Positions 18,957 through 29,582 of a DNA stretch of 64,000 nucleotides are shown here, piece after piece. Made by a program: the position numbers and the translations under genes. Under the pieces are notes generated by a model. The model had not been told where the DNA came from. It saw only the letters and a program-made list of their open reading frames with translations, and did no database searches. The number at the start of each line of letters is the position of its first letter. Positions within the stretch are counted from its first letter, which is position 1. This DNA comes from Hyphomicrobiales bacterium (lineage in GTDB: Bacteria > Pseudomonadota > Alphaproteobacteria > Rhizobiales > Beijerinckiaceae): assembly GCA_027489535.1 (NCBI GenBank), contig JAIXZO010000014.1:2060-66059 (forward strand), in the 5' to 3' direction.

Positions 18957-20321
18957 ATGTTCGACAAGATCCTGATCGCGAACCGGGGCGAAATCGCGCT
19001 CCGCATCCTGCGGGCCTGCAAGGAGCTCGGCATCGCCACCGTGGCGGTGCACTCCACCGCCGACGCGGGCGCGATGCATGTGCGCCTTGCGGACGAGAGC
19101 GTCTGCATCGGCCCGCCTCAGGCGCGCGACAGCTATCTGAACATCCCGTCTCTGCTGGCCGCCTGCGAGATCACGGGCGCGGACGCGGTACATCCCGGCT
19201 ACGGCTTCCTCTCTGAAAACGCCCGCTTCGCGGACATTCTGGAAAGCCACAACATCCATTTCATCGGCCCGAAGGCGGATCACATTCGCGTGATGGGCGA
19301 CAAGATCGAAGCCAAGCGGACGGCCAAGAGCCTCGGCATTCCCTGCGTTCCCGGCTCCGACGGCGGCATCACCGAAGACGACGAGGCGCTGCGCGTGGCG
19401 GCCGACATCGGCTATCCCGTGATCGTGAAGGCGGCGGCGGGCGGCGGCGGACGCGGCATGAAGGTGGCCCGCAGCGAGACCGATCTCGTCCATGCGCTGC
19501 AGACCGCACGCACCGAAGCCAAGGCGGCCTTCGGCGACGATGCCGTCTATCTCGAAAAATATCTCGAAAAGCCCCGCCACATCGAAATTCAAGTGCTCGG
19601 CGACGGCCGCGGCGGCGCGGTGCATATCGGCGAGCGCGACTGCTCGCTGCAGCGCCGGCACCAGAAGGTGTGGGAGGAGGCTCCCTCCCCCGCGCTCAAC
19701 GACGTGATGCGTGAAGACATCGGCCGCGTCTGCGCCGAAGCGATGCAGAAGCTGGCCTATCGCGGCGCGGGCACCATCGAATTTCTGTACGAAGACGGAA
19801 ATTTCTACTTCATCGAGATGAATACCCGCATTCAGGTGGAGCATCCCGTCACGGAGATGATCACCGGGATCGATCTCGTGAACGAGCAGATCCGCATCGC
19901 GGCGGGTTCGCCGCTGTCCTTCAAGCAGGACGACGTGCGCATTTCGGGCCATGCCATCGAATGCCGGATCAATGCCGAGCACCCGGTCACGTTCCGGCCG
20001 TCGCCCGGCAAGATCACCTATTTCCACCCGCCCGGCGGGTTGGGCGTGCGGGTCGATTCGGCGGCCTATCAGGGCTACACGATCCCGCCGCATTATGACT
20101 CGCTGATCGGCAAGCTGATCGTGCACGGGCGCACCCGCAACGAGTGCCTGATGCGGCTGCGGCGCGCATTGGACGAGTTCGTGGTGGAAGGCGTCGAGAC
20201 CACGCTGCCGCTGTTCAGGGCACTCGTGCGCAACCCGGACATCCAAAACGGGCAATACGACATCCACTGGCTCGAGAAATTCCTCGCGAGCGGCGGAATG
20301 GACGATCCTGCGGCGGGGTGA
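18957..20321 (+). CDS. accC: acetyl-CoA carboxylase biotin carboxylase subunit
   Basis: Starts [26 protein letters not shown] and shows ATP-grasp motifs along the full length. Confidence 0.96.
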   Translation: MFDKILIANRGEIALRILRACKELGIATVAVHSTADAGAMHVRLADESVCIGPPQARDSYLNIPSLLAACEITGADAVHPGYGFLSENARFADILESHNIHFIGPKADHIRVMGDKIEAKRTAKSLGIPCVPGSDGGITEDDEALRVAADIGYPVIVKAAAGGGGRGMKVARSETDLVHALQTARTEAKAAFGDDAVYLEKYLEKPRHIEIQVLGDGRGGAVHIGERDCSLQRRHQKVWEEAPSPALNDVMREDIGRVCAEAMQKLAYRGAGTIEFLYEDGNFYFIEMNTRIQVEHPVTEMITGIDLVNEQIRIAAGSPLSFKQDDVRISGHAIECRINAEHPVTFRPSPGKITYFHPPGGLGVRVDSAAYQGYTIPPHYDSLIGKLIVHGRTRNECLMRLRRALDEFVVEGVETTLPLFRALVRNPDIQNGQYDIHWLEKFLASGGMDDPAAG

Positions 20322-20325
20322 CGCG

Positions 20326-20997
20326 ATGCCGTCCGACGATTTCGCGGACGAGACGATTACGCCCGAACTGCTTTTGCAGGCCTATGCCGCCGGGATCTTC
20401 CCGATGGCGGAAAGCGCCGACGACCCCAATCTCTACTGGGTGGAGCCGCGCGAGCGGGGCATCATCCCCCTCGACGCGTTCCGCGTATCCTCGAGCCTCG
20501 CCAAGACGGTGCGCTCGGACCGGTTCACCATCCGCGTGGACACTGATTTCGACGCCGTGATCGACGCCTGCGCGATGACGCGGGCGGATACGTGGATCAA
20601 CGCCCGCATCCGAAGCCTCTACGGCACGCTGTTCGACCGCGGCGTCGCGCATACCGTCGAGGCGTGGCGCGACGGCAAATTGGCGGGCGGGCTCTACGGG
20701 GTATCCATCGGCGGCGCATTTTTCGGCGAGAGCATGTTCCACAACGAGCGCGACGCCTCGAAGGTGGCGCTGGTGCATTTGGTGGCGCGGCTGAGGACGG
20801 GCGGATACCGGCTGCTCGACACGCAATTCGTGACGCCGCATCTCGCGACCTTCGGCGCGGTGGCGCTTCCGCGCAAACGCTACCGGGCCTTGCTGGACGA
20901 GGCCATCGCCGCGGATGCGGATTTCTCCGCTTGGGCGACGGCGCGCGTCATCGGCGGCGCGAAGGCGCTCGCAGCCTTGGCGGTCGAGACGGACTGA
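20326..20997 (+). CDS. aat: leucyl/phenylalanyl-tRNA--protein transferase
   Basis: [14 protein letters not shown] ... [15 protein letters not shown] ... GESMFH; length is typical. Confidence 0.9.
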   Translation: MPSDDFADETITPELLLQAYAAGIFPMAESADDPNLYWVEPRERGIIPLDAFRVSSSLAKTVRSDRFTIRVDTDFDAVIDACAMTRADTWINARIRSLYGTLFDRGVAHTVEAWRDGKLAGGLYGVSIGGAFFGESMFHNERDASKVALVHLVARLRTGGYRLLDTQFVTPHLATFGAVALPRKRYRALLDEAIAADADFSAWATARVIGGAKALAALAVETD

Positions 20998-21558
20998 TCA
21001 GAACTGGCGGGGCGGCTGGCGCGGCGCGGCGGGAGCGGCGGGCTGCTGCTGTTGCTGTGCCGGAGCCGTACGGGGCGCCGGTTGCTGCGCCGCGGGCTGC
21101 CGCGCCCCCTGCCCTTGTCCCTGCCGCGTTCCCGGCTTCGGGGCGACGGGCGCGACGTCATCGGCGACGGCTTGGACGCCGCCTTTGCAGCCGGTGAGCC
21201 AGAGATCGTAGACCGGGTGCTCGATGGCATGCAGGCCGGGGCTGGCGGCGAAGACCCAGCCGCCGAAGATGCGGCGGTATTCGCTCGCCTTCGCGACCTC
21301 GTCCACCTCGATGAAGGCCGTGGTGTTCGGCGCTTCGGTGGTCGGGCGCGTGTAGCAGACGCGCGGCGTGAGCTGGAGCGCGCCGAACTGCACCGTCTCG
21401 TCGATCGCGACCTCGAAGCTGGTGATGCGCCCCGTGATCTTGTCGAGCCCGGCGAAGATCGCCGTGGGATTCTTGATCTTGTCGGCCCATGCGGGCGCGA
21501 CCGACGCGACGGTCAGCGCGGCGGCTGCGGCAAGCACGGAACGGGCGATCACGATCAT
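20998..21558 (-). CDS. DUF2155-like secreted protein with Q/P/A-rich tail
   Basis: Starts MIVIARSVLAAAAALTVASVAPAWA (signal peptide) within track ORF 20998..22065. The alphaproteobacterial linkage to the NDUFA12-like gene is conserved, from memory. Confidence 0.7.
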   Translation of the reverse strand: MIVIARSVLAAAAALTVASVAPAWADKIKNPTAIFAGLDKITGRITSFEVAIDETVQFGALQLTPRVCYTRPTTEAPNTTAFIEVDEVAKASEYRRIFGGWVFAASPGLHAIEHPVYDLWLTGCKGGVQAVADDVAPVAPKPGTRQGQGQGARQPAAQQPAPRTAPAQQQQQPAAPAAPRQPPRQF

Positions 21559-21683
21559 GGGGTCGGGCTTAGCACGGCGGTCGGGACGGAAAAAGGGCGA
21601 CGAAGGAGGCGGCACGCGCGGTCGGAACGAAAAACCCCGCCGAATCGGCGGGGGCTTCGAATGCGGTGGCGGAAGACGATGCG

Positions 21684-22094
21684 TCAGGAGCCGGGCGTCC
21701 AAGCCTGATAGTCGCCCGTCGCCGTCGTGCGGTCGCCCGTGTTGAGGATCGAGCCTTTCGGACGATAGGCGCCGGCGGTGCCGGTGGGGTTCATGCGGTG
21801 GGGCTTTTCCCACTCGCGCGGCACGTAGCCCTCGAGCTGCGGGGGCTCGTCGAACTTGTGATGCATCCAGCCGTACCAGCCCGGCGGAATCTTCGAAGGC
21901 TCGGCCTCGCCGTTGTAGATCACCCAGCGGCGCACGACGCCCAGCGCGGGATCGACCGCGCCGCCCTTGGTGCGGAAATAGCGGTTGCCGAACTCGTCCT
22001 CGCCGACGAACTCGCCGTTGCGGCGCGTGTGCCACAGCGTGCCCGCGGTGGCGCCGTTCCACCAAGTGAAGATCCGCAACAGGGTCTGCTTCAT
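21684..22094 (-). CDS. NADH:ubiquinone oxidoreductase subunit NDUFA12 (B17.2) family protein
   Basis: TWWNGATAGTLWHTRRNGEFVGEDEFGNRYF ... RWVIYNG ... PPGWYGWMHH is the characteristic NDUFA12 pattern. Confidence 0.85.
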   Translation of the reverse strand: MKQTLLRIFTWWNGATAGTLWHTRRNGEFVGEDEFGNRYFRTKGGAVDPALGVVRRWVIYNGEAEPSKIPPGWYGWMHHKFDEPPQLEGYVPREWEKPHRMNPTGTAGAYRPKGSILNTGDRTTATGDYQAWTPGS

Positions 22095-22350
22095 CGTCGT
22101 GCCTTCTCGCTTGCGGGCGGACTATGGCGACGGCCCGCGCCGGTGTCCAGCGCGGAGACGACGCGTCCGATTCGACATTTCGGGGGATGGGACCGATGGC
22201 TCAGCCGCGCGGCGGGATGCGCGATCGTGCTCCGATACGGATCATGGTTACTGAATTGTAAATATGCCCACGCTCACGTCGCGGTTGAAGCGCGAGCCGA
22301 TTCCTTGAGACATTCGGGACACTTGGCGGGACATTCGCAAACTGTCCCCG

Positions 22351-22359
22351 TTATCCACA
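22351..22359 (+). promoter_or_regulatory. candidate DnaA box (TTATCCACA)
   Basis: An exact 9/9 match to the enterobacterial R-box consensus, about 300 bp upstream of the nrdJ start and 7 bp from the NrdR-like box. Confidence 0.4.
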
Positions 22360-22365
22360 CCCGCC

Positions 22366-22412
22366 ATACAACATATGGTGCACGCTCCCCTGCCCCACAC
22401 AAAACCTTGACG
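22366..22412 (+). promoter_or_regulatory. candidate tandem NrdR boxes
   Basis: Box 1, ATACAACATATGGTGC (22366-22381), matches 12/16 of acaCwAtATaTwGtgt. Box 2, ACACAAAACCTTGACG (22397-22412), has a good left half only. Centre-to-centre spacing is 31 bp, the canonical NrdR tandem spacing. Confidence 0.4.
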
Positions 22413-22656
22413 GTTTCGGGGGTGCGGGACTACGGTGGGAATCAAGCGACGCACCCTCCGGGGCCGACGTTTTCGTGCTTTCGGCAGTCCGTATCGACAA
22501 CGGGCGGACCGGCCGGCGAAAACAATTGCGGCCCCGAGGATCGGGCGGGCGGGACGGTTCGACCGGCCCGAAACCCGACGCCGCACATCGAGTTTTGATT
22601 TTGACATCCGCTCCGCAGCGGCTTTCCGGGCATCGGCCCGGACCAGGGGACATGGA

Positions 22657-25600
22657 ATGCGTATAGATCGTCGTTACACCGCCAGCGGTTCCTCTCCCTA
22701 CGCGGAGATCCCTTTCCGGCACGCCACCAGCGAAATCCGCAATCCGGACGGCTCGATCGTGTTCCGGCTCGAGAACATCGAGGTGCCCGAGGCGTGGAGC
22801 CAGGTCGCCGCCGACGTTCTGGCGCAGAAGTATTTCCGCAAGGCGGGCGTGCCCGCGCGCCTGAAGAAGGTCGAGGAAAACGACGTTCCGTCCTGGCTGT
22901 GGCGCTCCGTGCCCGACGACAAGGCGCTTGCCTCGCTGCCCGAGAACGAGCGTTCGGGCTCGGAAATGTCGTCCAAGCAGGTGTTCGACCGCTTGGCCGG
23001 CTGCTGGACCTATTGGGGCTGGAAGGGCGGCTACTTCACCTCCGAGGACGACGCCCGCGCCTTCCATGACGAGCTGCGCTTCATGCTCGCCAACCAGATG
23101 GTCGCGCCGAACTCGCCGCAGTGGTTCAACACCGGCCTGCATTGGGCCTACGGCATCGACGGCCCCTCGCAGGGCCACTACTACGTCGACTTCAAGACCG
23201 GGAAGCTGGTCAAGTCGAAGTCCTCCTACGAGCATCCCCAGCCGCATGCCTGCTTCATTCAGGGCGTCGCCGACGACCTCGTGAACGAAGGCGGCATCAT
23301 GGACCTGTGGGTGCGCGAGGCGCGCCTGTTCAAATACGGCTCGGGCACCGGCTCGAACTTCTCGATGCTGCGCGGCGAAGGCGAGCGTCTCGCCGGCGGC
23401 GGGCGCTCCTCGGGCCTCATGAGCTTCCTCAAGATCGGCGACCGTGCGGCGGGCGCGATCAAGTCGGGCGGCACCACGCGCCGCGCGGCGAAGATGGTGG
23501 TGGTCGATGCCGACCATCCGGACATCGAGGCCTATATCGACTGGAAGGTGAAGGAAGAGCAGAAGGTCGCGGCGCTCGTCACCGGCTCCAAGATCGTGCA
23601 GAAGCACCTCAAGGCGCTGATGAAGGCCTGCGTGAACTGCGAAGGCCCGGCCGACGCCTGCTTCGAGCCCGAGAAGAACCCGGCGCTCAAGCGCGAGATC
23701 AAGCTCGCCCGCCGCAGCCTCGTGCCGGACAACTACATCAAGCGGGTGATCCAGTTCGCCAAGCAGGGCTATACGGACATCCAGTTCGACACCTACGACA
23801 CCGACTGGGACTCCGACGCTTATCTGACGGTGGCGGGCCAGAACTCGAACAATTCGGTCTCTCTCAAGGACGACTTCCTGCGCGCGGTGGATGCCGACGG
23901 CGACTGGAACCTGATCCGCCGCACCGACGGCAAGGTCTCCAAGACGCTGAAGGCCCGCGACCTGTGGGAGAAGATCGGCCATGCCGCGTGGGCCTCGGCC
24001 GACCCCGGCCTGCACTACAACACCACGATGAACGACTGGCACACCTGCCCCGCGGCCGGTCCCATCCGCGCGTCGAACCCGTGCTCGGAATACATGTTCC
24101 TCGACGACACGGCGTGCAATCTCGCCTCGCTGAACCTGCTGCAGTTCCGCGGCAAGGACGGCCTCGTCGAGATCGAGAATTACGAGCATGCGGTCCGCCT
24201 GTGGACCGTCGTTCTCGAAATCTCGGTGCTGATGGCGCAGTTCCCCTCGAAGGAAATCGCCGAACTGTCCTACCGCTACCGCACGCTCGGCCTCGGCTAC
24301 GCCAATATCGGCGGCCTGCTGATGACCAACGGCGTGCCCTACGACTCGGCGGAAGGCCGCGCGATCTGCGGCGCGCTGACCGCGATCATGACGGGCGTCA
24401 GCTATGCGACCTCGGCGGAAATGGCGTCGGAACTCGGGCCGTTCCCCGGCTATGCGGACAATGCGGCCAACATGCTCCGCGTGATCCGCAACCACCGCAA
24501 CGCGGCGCATGGCGGCAAGGCGGCCTATGAAGGCCTGTCGCAGACGCCGGTGGCGCTCGACCATGCCTCCTGCACCGATCCGCGCCTCGTCGCCCATGCC
24601 AAGGCGGCGTGGGACAAGGCGCTGGCGCTGGGCGAGAAGCACGGCTACCGCAATGCGCAGGCCACCGTCGTCGCCCCGACCGGCACGATCGGCCTCGTGA
24701 TGGATTGCGACACGACCGGCATCGAACCCGACTTCGCGCTGGTGAAGTTCAAGAAGCTCGCCGGCGGCGGCTACTGGAAAATCATCAACCGCGCCGTGCC
24801 CGAGGCGCTGCGCACGCTGGGCTATAGCGAGGCGGAACTGGCCGAGATCGAGGCCTATGCCGTCGGCCACGGCTCGCTCGCCCAGGCTCCCGGCATCAAC
24901 CACTCGTCGCTGCGCACGAAGGGCTTCACGGCCGAGAAGATCGAAGCGCTCGAAAAGGGCATGGCTTCGGCCTTCGACATCAAGTTCGTGTTCAACAAGT
25001 GGACGCTGGGCGAAGACTTCCTGACCGGCGGGCTGAAGGTGCCGGCCGAGAAGCTCAACGACCCGACCTTCGAACTGCTGCCCTATCTCGGCTTCTCGAA
25101 GGCCGACATCGAAGCCGCCAACATCCATGTCTGCGGCGCGATGACGCTTGAAGGCGCTCCGCACCTGAAGGTCGAGCACTATCCGGTGTTCGACTGCGCC
25201 AACCCTTGCGGCCGCGTGGGCAAGCGCTACCTCTCGGTGGAAAGCCACATCCACATGATGGCGGCCGCCCAGCCGTTCATCTCGGGGGCGATCTCCAAGA
25301 CGATCAACATGCCGAACGACGCGACGGTGGAGGACTGCAAGAGCGCCTACATGCTCTCGTGGAAGCTCGCGCTGAAGGCCAACGCGCTCTACCGCGACGG
25401 CTCCAAGCTCTCCCAGCCGCTGAATTCGCAGCTGATCTCCGACGACGAGGACGAGGCCGACGACGCCGTCGAGGCGCTGGTGGCCCAGCCCGCCGCCGCC
25501 CGCACCGCGGTGATGGCCGAGAAGATCGTGGAGCGGATCATCGAGCGCGTGCGCGACCGCGACCGCCTGCCCGACCGCCGCAAGGGCTACACCCAGAAGG

Positions 25601-26361
25601 CCGTCGTGGGCGGACACAAGGTGTATCTGCGCACGGGCGAATATGAGGACGGCCGCATCGGCGAGATCTTCATCGACATGCACAAGGAAGGCGCCGCCTT
25701 CCGCTCGTTGATGAACAATTTCGCCATCGCGATCTCGCTCGGCCTGCAATACGGCGTGCCGCTGGAAGAATATGTCGACGCGTTCACCTTCACGCGCTTC
25801 GAACCGGCGGGCTTCGTGCAGGGCAACGACGCGATCAAGAACGCGACCTCGGTGCTCGACTACGTGTTCCGCGAATTGGCGATCAGCTATCTCGGCCGCA
25901 CGGACCTCGCGCATGTCTCCCCCGACGCCATCGGCTTCGACGCCATCGGCAAGGGCGAGGACGAGGGCAAGGCCCCCGAAGGCCACGCCTCGCGCGTCGT
26001 CTCCAAGGGTCTGGTGCGCGGCAAGTCGACCAACCTGCTCGCCATCGACGGCGGCACGGCGACCGAAGCGCGCGGCGCGTCCCGTACCATGGCGCTCGCC
26101 ACCCATGGCGCCACCGCGCTGAAGGGCGAATGGGCGGAAGAGATCGAACGCGCCGTCGGCGCCGCCGACCTCGCCAAGCTCGACTTTGCCCCCGCCGGCA
26201 CTGCCGCCCCGGCGGTCGCCAAGACGCTCGACAAGCGCGAAGAAGCCCGCATGAAGGGCTATGTCGGCGAAGCCTGCCCCGAATGCGCCAACTTCACGCT
26301 GGTGCGCAACGGGACGTGCTTGAAGTGTGACACCTGCGGCGGGACGACCGGTTGCTCGTAA
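22657..26361 (+). CDS. nrdJ: adenosylcobalamin-dependent (class II) ribonucleoside-diphosphate reductase
   Basis: Starts [20 protein letters not shown] in the frame of track ORF 22435..26361. Contains active-site [21 protein letters not shown] and the C-terminal Cys-rich tail [28 protein letters not shown]. About 1234 aa. Confidence 0.94.
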   Translation: MRIDRRYTASGSSPYAEIPFRHATSEIRNPDGSIVFRLENIEVPEAWSQVAADVLAQKYFRKAGVPARLKKVEENDVPSWLWRSVPDDKALASLPENERSGSEMSSKQVFDRLAGCWTYWGWKGGYFTSEDDARAFHDELRFMLANQMVAPNSPQWFNTGLHWAYGIDGPSQGHYYVDFKTGKLVKSKSSYEHPQPHACFIQGVADDLVNEGGIMDLWVREARLFKYGSGTGSNFSMLRGEGERLAGGGRSSGLMSFLKIGDRAAGAIKSGGTTRRAAKMVVVDADHPDIEAYIDWKVKEEQKVAALVTGSKIVQKHLKALMKACVNCEGPADACFEPEKNPALKREIKLARRSLVPDNYIKRVIQFAKQGYTDIQFDTYDTDWDSDAYLTVAGQNSNNSVSLKDDFLRAVDADGDWNLIRRTDGKVSKTLKARDLWEKIGHAAWASADPGLHYNTTMNDWHTCPAAGPIRASNPCSEYMFLDDTACNLASLNLLQFRGKDGLVEIENYEHAVRLWTVVLEISVLMAQFPSKEIAELSYRYRTLGLGYANIGGLLMTNGVPYDSAEGRAICGALTAIMTGVSYATSAEMASELGPFPGYADNAANMLRVIRNHRNAAHGGKAAYEGLSQTPVALDHASCTDPRLVAHAKAAWDKALALGEKHGYRNAQATVVAPTGTIGLVMDCDTTGIEPDFALVKFKKLAGGGYWKIINRAVPEALRTLGYSEAELAEIEAYAVGHGSLAQAPGINHSSLRTKGFTAEKIEALEKGMASAFDIKFVFNKWTLGEDFLTGGLKVPAEKLNDPTFELLPYLGFSKADIEAANIHVCGAMTLEGAPHLKVEHYPVFDCANPCGRVGKRYLSVESHIHMMAAAQPFISGAISKTINMPNDATVEDCKSAYMLSWKLALKANALYRDGSKLSQPLNSQLISDDEDEADDAVEALVAQPAAARTAVMAEKIVERIIERVRDRDRLPDRRKGYTQKAVVGGHKVYLRTGEYEDGRIGEIFIDMHKEGAAFRSLMNNFAIAISLGLQYGVPLEEYVDAFTFTRFEPAGFVQGNDAIKNATSVLDYVFRELAISYLGRTDLAHVSPDAIGFDAIGKGEDEGKAPEGHASRVVSKGLVRGKSTNLLAIDGGTATEARGASRTMALATHGATALKGEWAEEIERAVGAADLAKLDFAPAGTAAPAVAKTLDKREEARMKGYVGEACPECANFTLVRNGTCLKCDTCGGTTGCS

Positions 26362-26387
26362 TCGTCGATCATCTGAATTGAACTTAA

Positions 26388-26419
26388 ACGGACGGGGGCT
26401 TCCCCGTCCGTTTTCGTTT
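26388..26419 (+). terminator. intrinsic terminator of nrdJ
   Basis: ACGGACGGGG-gctt-CCCCGTCCGT followed by tttcgttt, 27 nt after the TAA stop. Confidence 0.8.
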
Positions 26420-26453
26420 CGGGTGAGGTATCCGCGACGGCCGTCGACCTGCA

Positions 26454-26489
26454 TCAGCTGGATTGCTTCGCGTTCGCTCGCAATGACGG
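26454..26489. repeat. Family C repeat, single arm C3
   Basis: tcagctggattgcttcgcgttcgctcgcaatgacgg. Confidence 0.75.
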
Positions 26490-26508
26490 TTCGGCGGGTT
26501 TGCGCGGT

Positions 26509-26599
26509 TCTCGTGCCGGGCCGCGCAGCGGACCCGGGACCCGGGCCGGCGGGCATCGTGGAACAAGTCTGGGTCCCGGCGCTTCGGCCGGGATGACAC
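26509..26599. repeat. Family A repeat, copy A4 (left outer arm degenerate)
   Basis: tcgtgccgggccgcgcagcggacccgggacccgg ... ctgggtcccggcgcttcggccgggatgacac. Confidence 0.7.
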
Positions 26600-26693
26600 A
26601 TGCGGGCGGCTTGGGCCACGGCTTGGGACACCGACGGTGGGGCATCGAGGGACAAGCCCGGGTCGCGACGCTTCGCCCGAGACGGCGGGTTCG

Positions 26694-27383
26694 TCAGCCG
26701 AGCCAGGTCTTCAGCGCCGCATTGAGGGCTTCGGGTTGCTCCAGGGTGGAGAGGTGGCCGCAATGGGGGATCGTCAGGAGGACGGCACCGGGGATGGCTC
26801 GGGCCATCTCTTCGGCGTGTTCGGGCGGCGTGATGACGTCCTTTTCGCCGACGGCGACGAGGGTGGGGACGGCGATGCGGGGGAGCAGCGGGCGGGAATC
26901 GGGCCGCGCGATGATGGCGCGCTGCTGGCGGACGAAGGTTTCCGCGCCCGTGTCGAGCATCATGCCGAGCACGGTTTGCTCGAGATCGGCGTCGCCGTAA
27001 CGGTCGGGATGGACCAGTCGCTCCCACAAGAGAGGATGAATATCGCGCAACCGGCCGCTCTCGGCGATTTCGATCAGCCGCAGGCGGCGCTCGGTCGCCT
27101 CCGGGGTATCCGGCCGCGCCGACGTGTCGAGCAGCGCGAGGCGGGTGACGCAGTCGGGCGCGCGGCGCAGGATTTCGAAGCAGACATAGCCGCCCATCGA
27201 AAGCCCCGCGAGGGCGAACCGGGCCGGCGCGTCGCGCAGAAAGCGCTCCGCGATACCGCCGAGCGAATCATCACGCGCGTGATCGAGGACGATGGTTTCG
27301 CGGCCGCCCCAGACCGGCGATTGCGGGTCGTAAAGCGCGGCGGTGCAGGCGAGACCGGGGACGAGGACGACGGGTTCGGACAT
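26694..27383 (-). CDS. alpha/beta-fold hydrolase
   Basis: 229-aa ORF with nucleophile elbow GLSMGG and a C-terminal catalytic His region (IPHCGHLSTLEQP). Confidence 0.8.
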   Translation of the reverse strand: MSEPVVLVPGLACTAALYDPQSPVWGGRETIVLDHARDDSLGGIAERFLRDAPARFALAGLSMGGYVCFEILRRAPDCVTRLALLDTSARPDTPEATERRLRLIEIAESGRLRDIHPLLWERLVHPDRYGDADLEQTVLGMMLDTGAETFVRQQRAIIARPDSRPLLPRIAVPTLVAVGEKDVITPPEHAEEMARAIPGAVLLTIPHCGHLSTLEQPEALNAALKTWLG

Positions 27384-27566
27384 GGCGCAAGCTCTCGAAT
27401 CTCAACGCCCGCATGGTATATCGCAGGCGCCCGGATTGACTTCAGCGATATTCCGCCTATCGTGCGACCTACTCGCCGCAGCCCCGCGAAACGCAGGCAC
27501 TCGGCCCCATTCATGACGTGTGCGCTTCAGGCGCCGTCCCGGCCGCGTCGAGAGGCGGCATAAAAT

Positions 27567-29264
27567 ATGACATTCGATGAACTCGGACTGAGCGACAAGG
27601 TCCTCGAAGCGGTCACCGCTTCCGGATACACCACCCCCACCCAAATTCAGGCTGAAGCGATTCCGCACGTTCTTGCCCGCAAGGACGTTCTCGGCATCGC
27701 CCAGACCGGCACCGGCAAGACGGCGGCGTTCACGCTGCCGATGCTGACGATCCTCGAGCAGGGTCGCGCCCGGGCGCGTATGCCGCGCACGCTCATCCTG
27801 GAGCCGACGCGCGAACTCGCGGCGCAGGTGGAAGAAAGCTTCAACAAATATGGCGCGGGACAGAAATTGTCCGTCGCGCTGCTGATCGGCGGCGTGTCGT
27901 TCGGCGATCAGGACATGAAGATTACGCGCGGCGTGGACGTGCTGATCGCGACGCCCGGCCGCCTGCTCGACCATTTCGAGCGCGGCAAGCTGCTGCTGAC
28001 GGGCATCGAGGTTCTCGTCATCGACGAAGCCGACCGCATGCTCGACATGGGCTTCATTCCCGACATCGAGAAGATCTGCCGCATGGTGCCGTTCACGCGC
28101 CAGACGCTGTTCTTCTCGGCGACGATGCCGCCGGAAATCCAGCGGCTGACCGAGCAGTTCCTGCACAATCCGGTGCGCATCGAGGTGGAGCGTCAGCAGA
28201 CGACGGCCGCAACGATCACCCAGCGCCTCGTGGCCTCGCAGCCGCAGGATTGGGCCAAGCGCGAAATTCTGCGCGGCCTGATCAAGGAGGCCGAAGAGCT
28301 CAAGAACGCGATCATCTTCTGCAATCGGAAGATCGACGTGCAGGCGCTCTACAAGTCACTCGAAAAGCACGGCTTCAACGTGGCCGCGCTGCATGGCGAC
28401 ATGGATCAGCGGTCGCGCACCAATGCGCTCGAGGCGTTCAGGAACGGCACGACGCAGCTGCTCGTCGCCTCGGACGTGGCCGCGCGCGGCCTCGACATTC
28501 CCGACGTCAGCCACGTGTTCAATTTCGACGTGCCGCACCATGCGGAGGATTACGTCCACCGCATCGGCCGCACGGGTCGGGCGGGCCGCAAGGGCGCCGC
28601 CTTCACCATCGTAACGGCCGACGACAAGAAGTCGCTGGCCGGCGTCGAACAGCTGATCAAGACCTCGATCGAATGGCAGGGCCCCACCCTCGCCGACTTG
28701 CCCGAGCCCGAGCCCGGCGAGCGTCGCTCGCGCGTGCGCGAACGCGGCGACCGGGATCGTGCGGGCCGCAGCGGCGCGCGCGACCGCGGCGGCCGCGACC
28801 ACCGCCCGTCCCGCGAGCCCGGCGCTCCGCGGCCCGCGCGCGAGCAGGCGATTCTCGATGCGGCGGCGAATGCGCCTCCGGCCGAGGAGGCGCAGCCCCG
28901 TGCCGCGCGCCCGGCCCGCAAGCCGCGCGCGCCCCGCGCCGAAGCGGCGGCCGTCGCAGCCGAACCGATGACGGAAGCCGTAAGGGCGCCCGTGGCGGAT
29001 CGCGCGGAAGCGCCCCGCGCGGAGCCCCGCCGGCAGGAAGCGCGCAGTCAGGAACCGCGCCGGCAAGAAACACGCGGACAGGAATCACGCGGACAGGAAG
29101 CCCGTTCCGACTCGCGTCTCCCCGCACCCGGCGAGGCCCGGCCGGAGCGCAACGCGGAGCCGCGTCGTGACCACCGCAACCGCAACGAGGATCGCGAGCC
29201 GACCCCGCGCGGCCTCGGCGACCACGTCCCGAGCTTCATGATGCGGCCGGTCAAGGCACGCTGA
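27567..29264 (+). CDS. rhlE: DEAD-box ATP-dependent RNA helicase (RhlE-like) with Arg-rich C-terminal tail
   Basis: Q motif (TTPTQIQ), AQTGTGKT, DEAD, SAT, HRIGRTGRAG, and a ~190-aa basic low-complexity tail. Confidence 0.92.
   Translation: MTFDELGLSDKVLEAVTASGYTTPTQIQAEAIPHVLARKDVLGIAQTGTGKTAAFTLPMLTILEQGRARARMPRTLILEPTRELAAQVEESFNKYGAGQKLSVALLIGGVSFGDQDMKITRGVDVLIATPGRLLDHFERGKLLLTGIEVLVIDEADRMLDMGFIPDIEKICRMVPFTRQTLFFSATMPPEIQRLTEQFLHNPVRIEVERQQTTAATITQRLVASQPQDWAKREILRGLIKEAEELKNAIIFCNRKIDVQALYKSLEKHGFNVAALHGDMDQRSRTNALEAFRNGTTQLLVASDVAARGLDIPDVSHVFNFDVPHHAEDYVHRIGRTGRAGRKGAAFTIVTADDKKSLAGVEQLIKTSIEWQGPTLADLPEPEPGERRSRVRERGDRDRAGRSGARDRGGRDHRPSREPGAPRPAREQAILDAAANAPPAEEAQPRAARPARKPRAPRAEAAAVAAEPMTEAVRAPVADRAEAPRAEPRRQEARSQEPRRQETRGQESRGQEARSDSRLPAPGEARPERNAEPRRDHRNRNEDREPTPRGLGDHVPSFMMRPVKAR
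29034..29108 (+). repeat. five tandem 15-nt repeats inside the rhlE tail (QEARS-QEPRR-QETRG-QESRG-QEARS)
   Basis: caggaagcgcgcagt / caggaaccgcgccgg / caagaaacacgcgga / caggaatcacgcgga / caggaagcccgttcc. Confidence 0.8.
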
Positions 29265-29287
29265 TTGTGCTGGAACGTCCGACGTTT

Positions 29288-29314
29288 AAAAAGGCCCCTT
29301 GCGGGGCCTTTTTT
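29288..29314 (+). terminator. intrinsic terminator of rhlE
   Basis: aaaAAGGCCCC-ttgc-GGGGCCTTtttt, 24 nt after the TGA stop. Confidence 0.8.
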
Positions 29315-29332
29315 CATGGGCGGTGGAAGCAG

Positions 29333-29377
29333 GATGGTTCGAGACGCACGGCTTTGCCGCGCTCCTCACCATGAGGG
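29333..29377. repeat. Family B repeat fragment (right arm only)
   Basis: gatggttcgagacgcacggctttgccgcgctcctcaccatgaggg. Confidence 0.75.
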
Positions 29378-29427
29378 TCGTGGGGGATGAGGGCCGACGT
29401 GGGGCTGAGCCCACCCTCCAAAAAAAA

Positions 29428-29533
29428 CCTCATGGTGAGGAGGCGCGCAGCGCCGTCTCGAACCACGAGTTTTTCGGGAGATCAGGGGGATGGTTCGAGA
29501 CGCGCGGCTTTGCCGCGCTCCTCACCATGAGGG
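29428..29533. repeat. Family B repeat, copy B4 (complete)
   Basis: cctcatggtgaggaggcgcgcagcgccgtctcgaaccac ... gatggttcgagacgcgcggctttgccgcgctcctcaccatgaggg. Confidence 0.85.
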
Positions 29534-29582
29534 TTGTTCTAGGTCGAGCAGCGGCCCGATGAGGCGAGGCTCCCCCGGCCGC

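Noticed and set aside
22247-22263. Second CtrA-like site GTTAC-N7-TAAA
   Set aside because: It has two mismatches in the half-sites. It is probably just an AT-rich promoter region.
22413-22656. Cobalamin riboswitch in the nrdJ leader
   Set aside because: I could find no B12 box or the conserved GGGAA...GGTGAAAATCC...GCCACTG core. B12 riboswitches normally repress B12-independent isozymes, not nrdJ.
22351-27027. 1558-aa ORF antisense to nrdJ
   Set aside because: The same GC-driven artefact. nrdJ on the plus strand has unambiguous family motifs; the antisense product has none.
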